DNA of 64,000 nt, from positions 5,737,806-5,801,805 of the forward strand of contig JAHRHZ010000053.1 of the NCBI GenBank assembly GCA_024137785.1, written 5' to 3'. The position numbers were made by a program, and so were the translations under genes. Position 1 is the first letter of the stretch, and each line of letters starts with the position of its first letter. This document shows, one piece after another, positions 63,790 to 64,000 of this stretch. The notes beneath the pieces were generated by a model. That model had not been told where the DNA came from, made no database searches, and was given only the letters and a program-made list of their open reading frames with translations. Source of the stretch: Ginglymostoma cirratum (taxonomy: Eukaryota).

Positions 63790-63995
63790 AAACAAAAACA
63801 GAAGTTGCTGGAAAAGCTCAGCAGCTCTGGCAGCATCTATGAAGAGAAATCAGAGTTAACGTTGCGAGGTCCGAAGACCCTTCCGCACTGGACCTGAAAT
63901 GTTAACTCTGATTTCTCTTTACAGATATGAGCAGACCTGCTGATATTTTCAGCAACTTCTGTTTTTGCTTCTAATTTATAGCATCAGCAGCTTTT
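63790..63995. mobile_element. Fold-back mini-element (family B)
   Basis: Inverted arms ~63790-63872 and ~63889-63970, meeting within the hammerhead helix II region. Confidence 0.85.
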
Positions 63996-64000
63996 TTGGT

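Overview
Eukaryotic, AT-rich, repeat-dense DNA. The repeat repertoire (HE1/V-type and Deu-type SINEs, abundant CR1-group LINEs, Penelope-like elements) points to a shark genome; that is an inference, with bamboo/carpet sharks as my best guess. I recognise no host protein-coding gene. Almost every ORF in the track is a decayed LINE/PLE fragment or a chance ORF, so the window looks like a gene desert or a very large intron. It has two assembly gaps (28120-28219 and 51162-51561). The most interesting content is a Penelope-like-element (PLE) system. (i) There are decayed autonomous PLE fragments of two clades: Poseidon-type RT+GIY-YIG at 26459-27232 and 27756-28930, and a Neptune-type GIY-YIG 3' end at 55534-56035. 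(ii) About a dozen 120-300 bp non-coding PLE 3'-end derivatives are present, most of them fold-back (hairpin) insertions and many with 9-16 bp target-site duplications. (iii) Nearly all carry a minimal type-I hammerhead ribozyme motif (CTGANGA-N-helix II-GAAA-CG-TH), intact in a few copies and CpG-decayed in the rest. Individual copies record unusual events: capture of nearby genomic DNA between the hairpin arms, near-identical arms that share private mutations, fold-back at the ribozyme helix, and a stereotyped boundary just 5' of the ribozyme core. Coordinates of old repeats are approximate, and all calls were made by eye without database searches.
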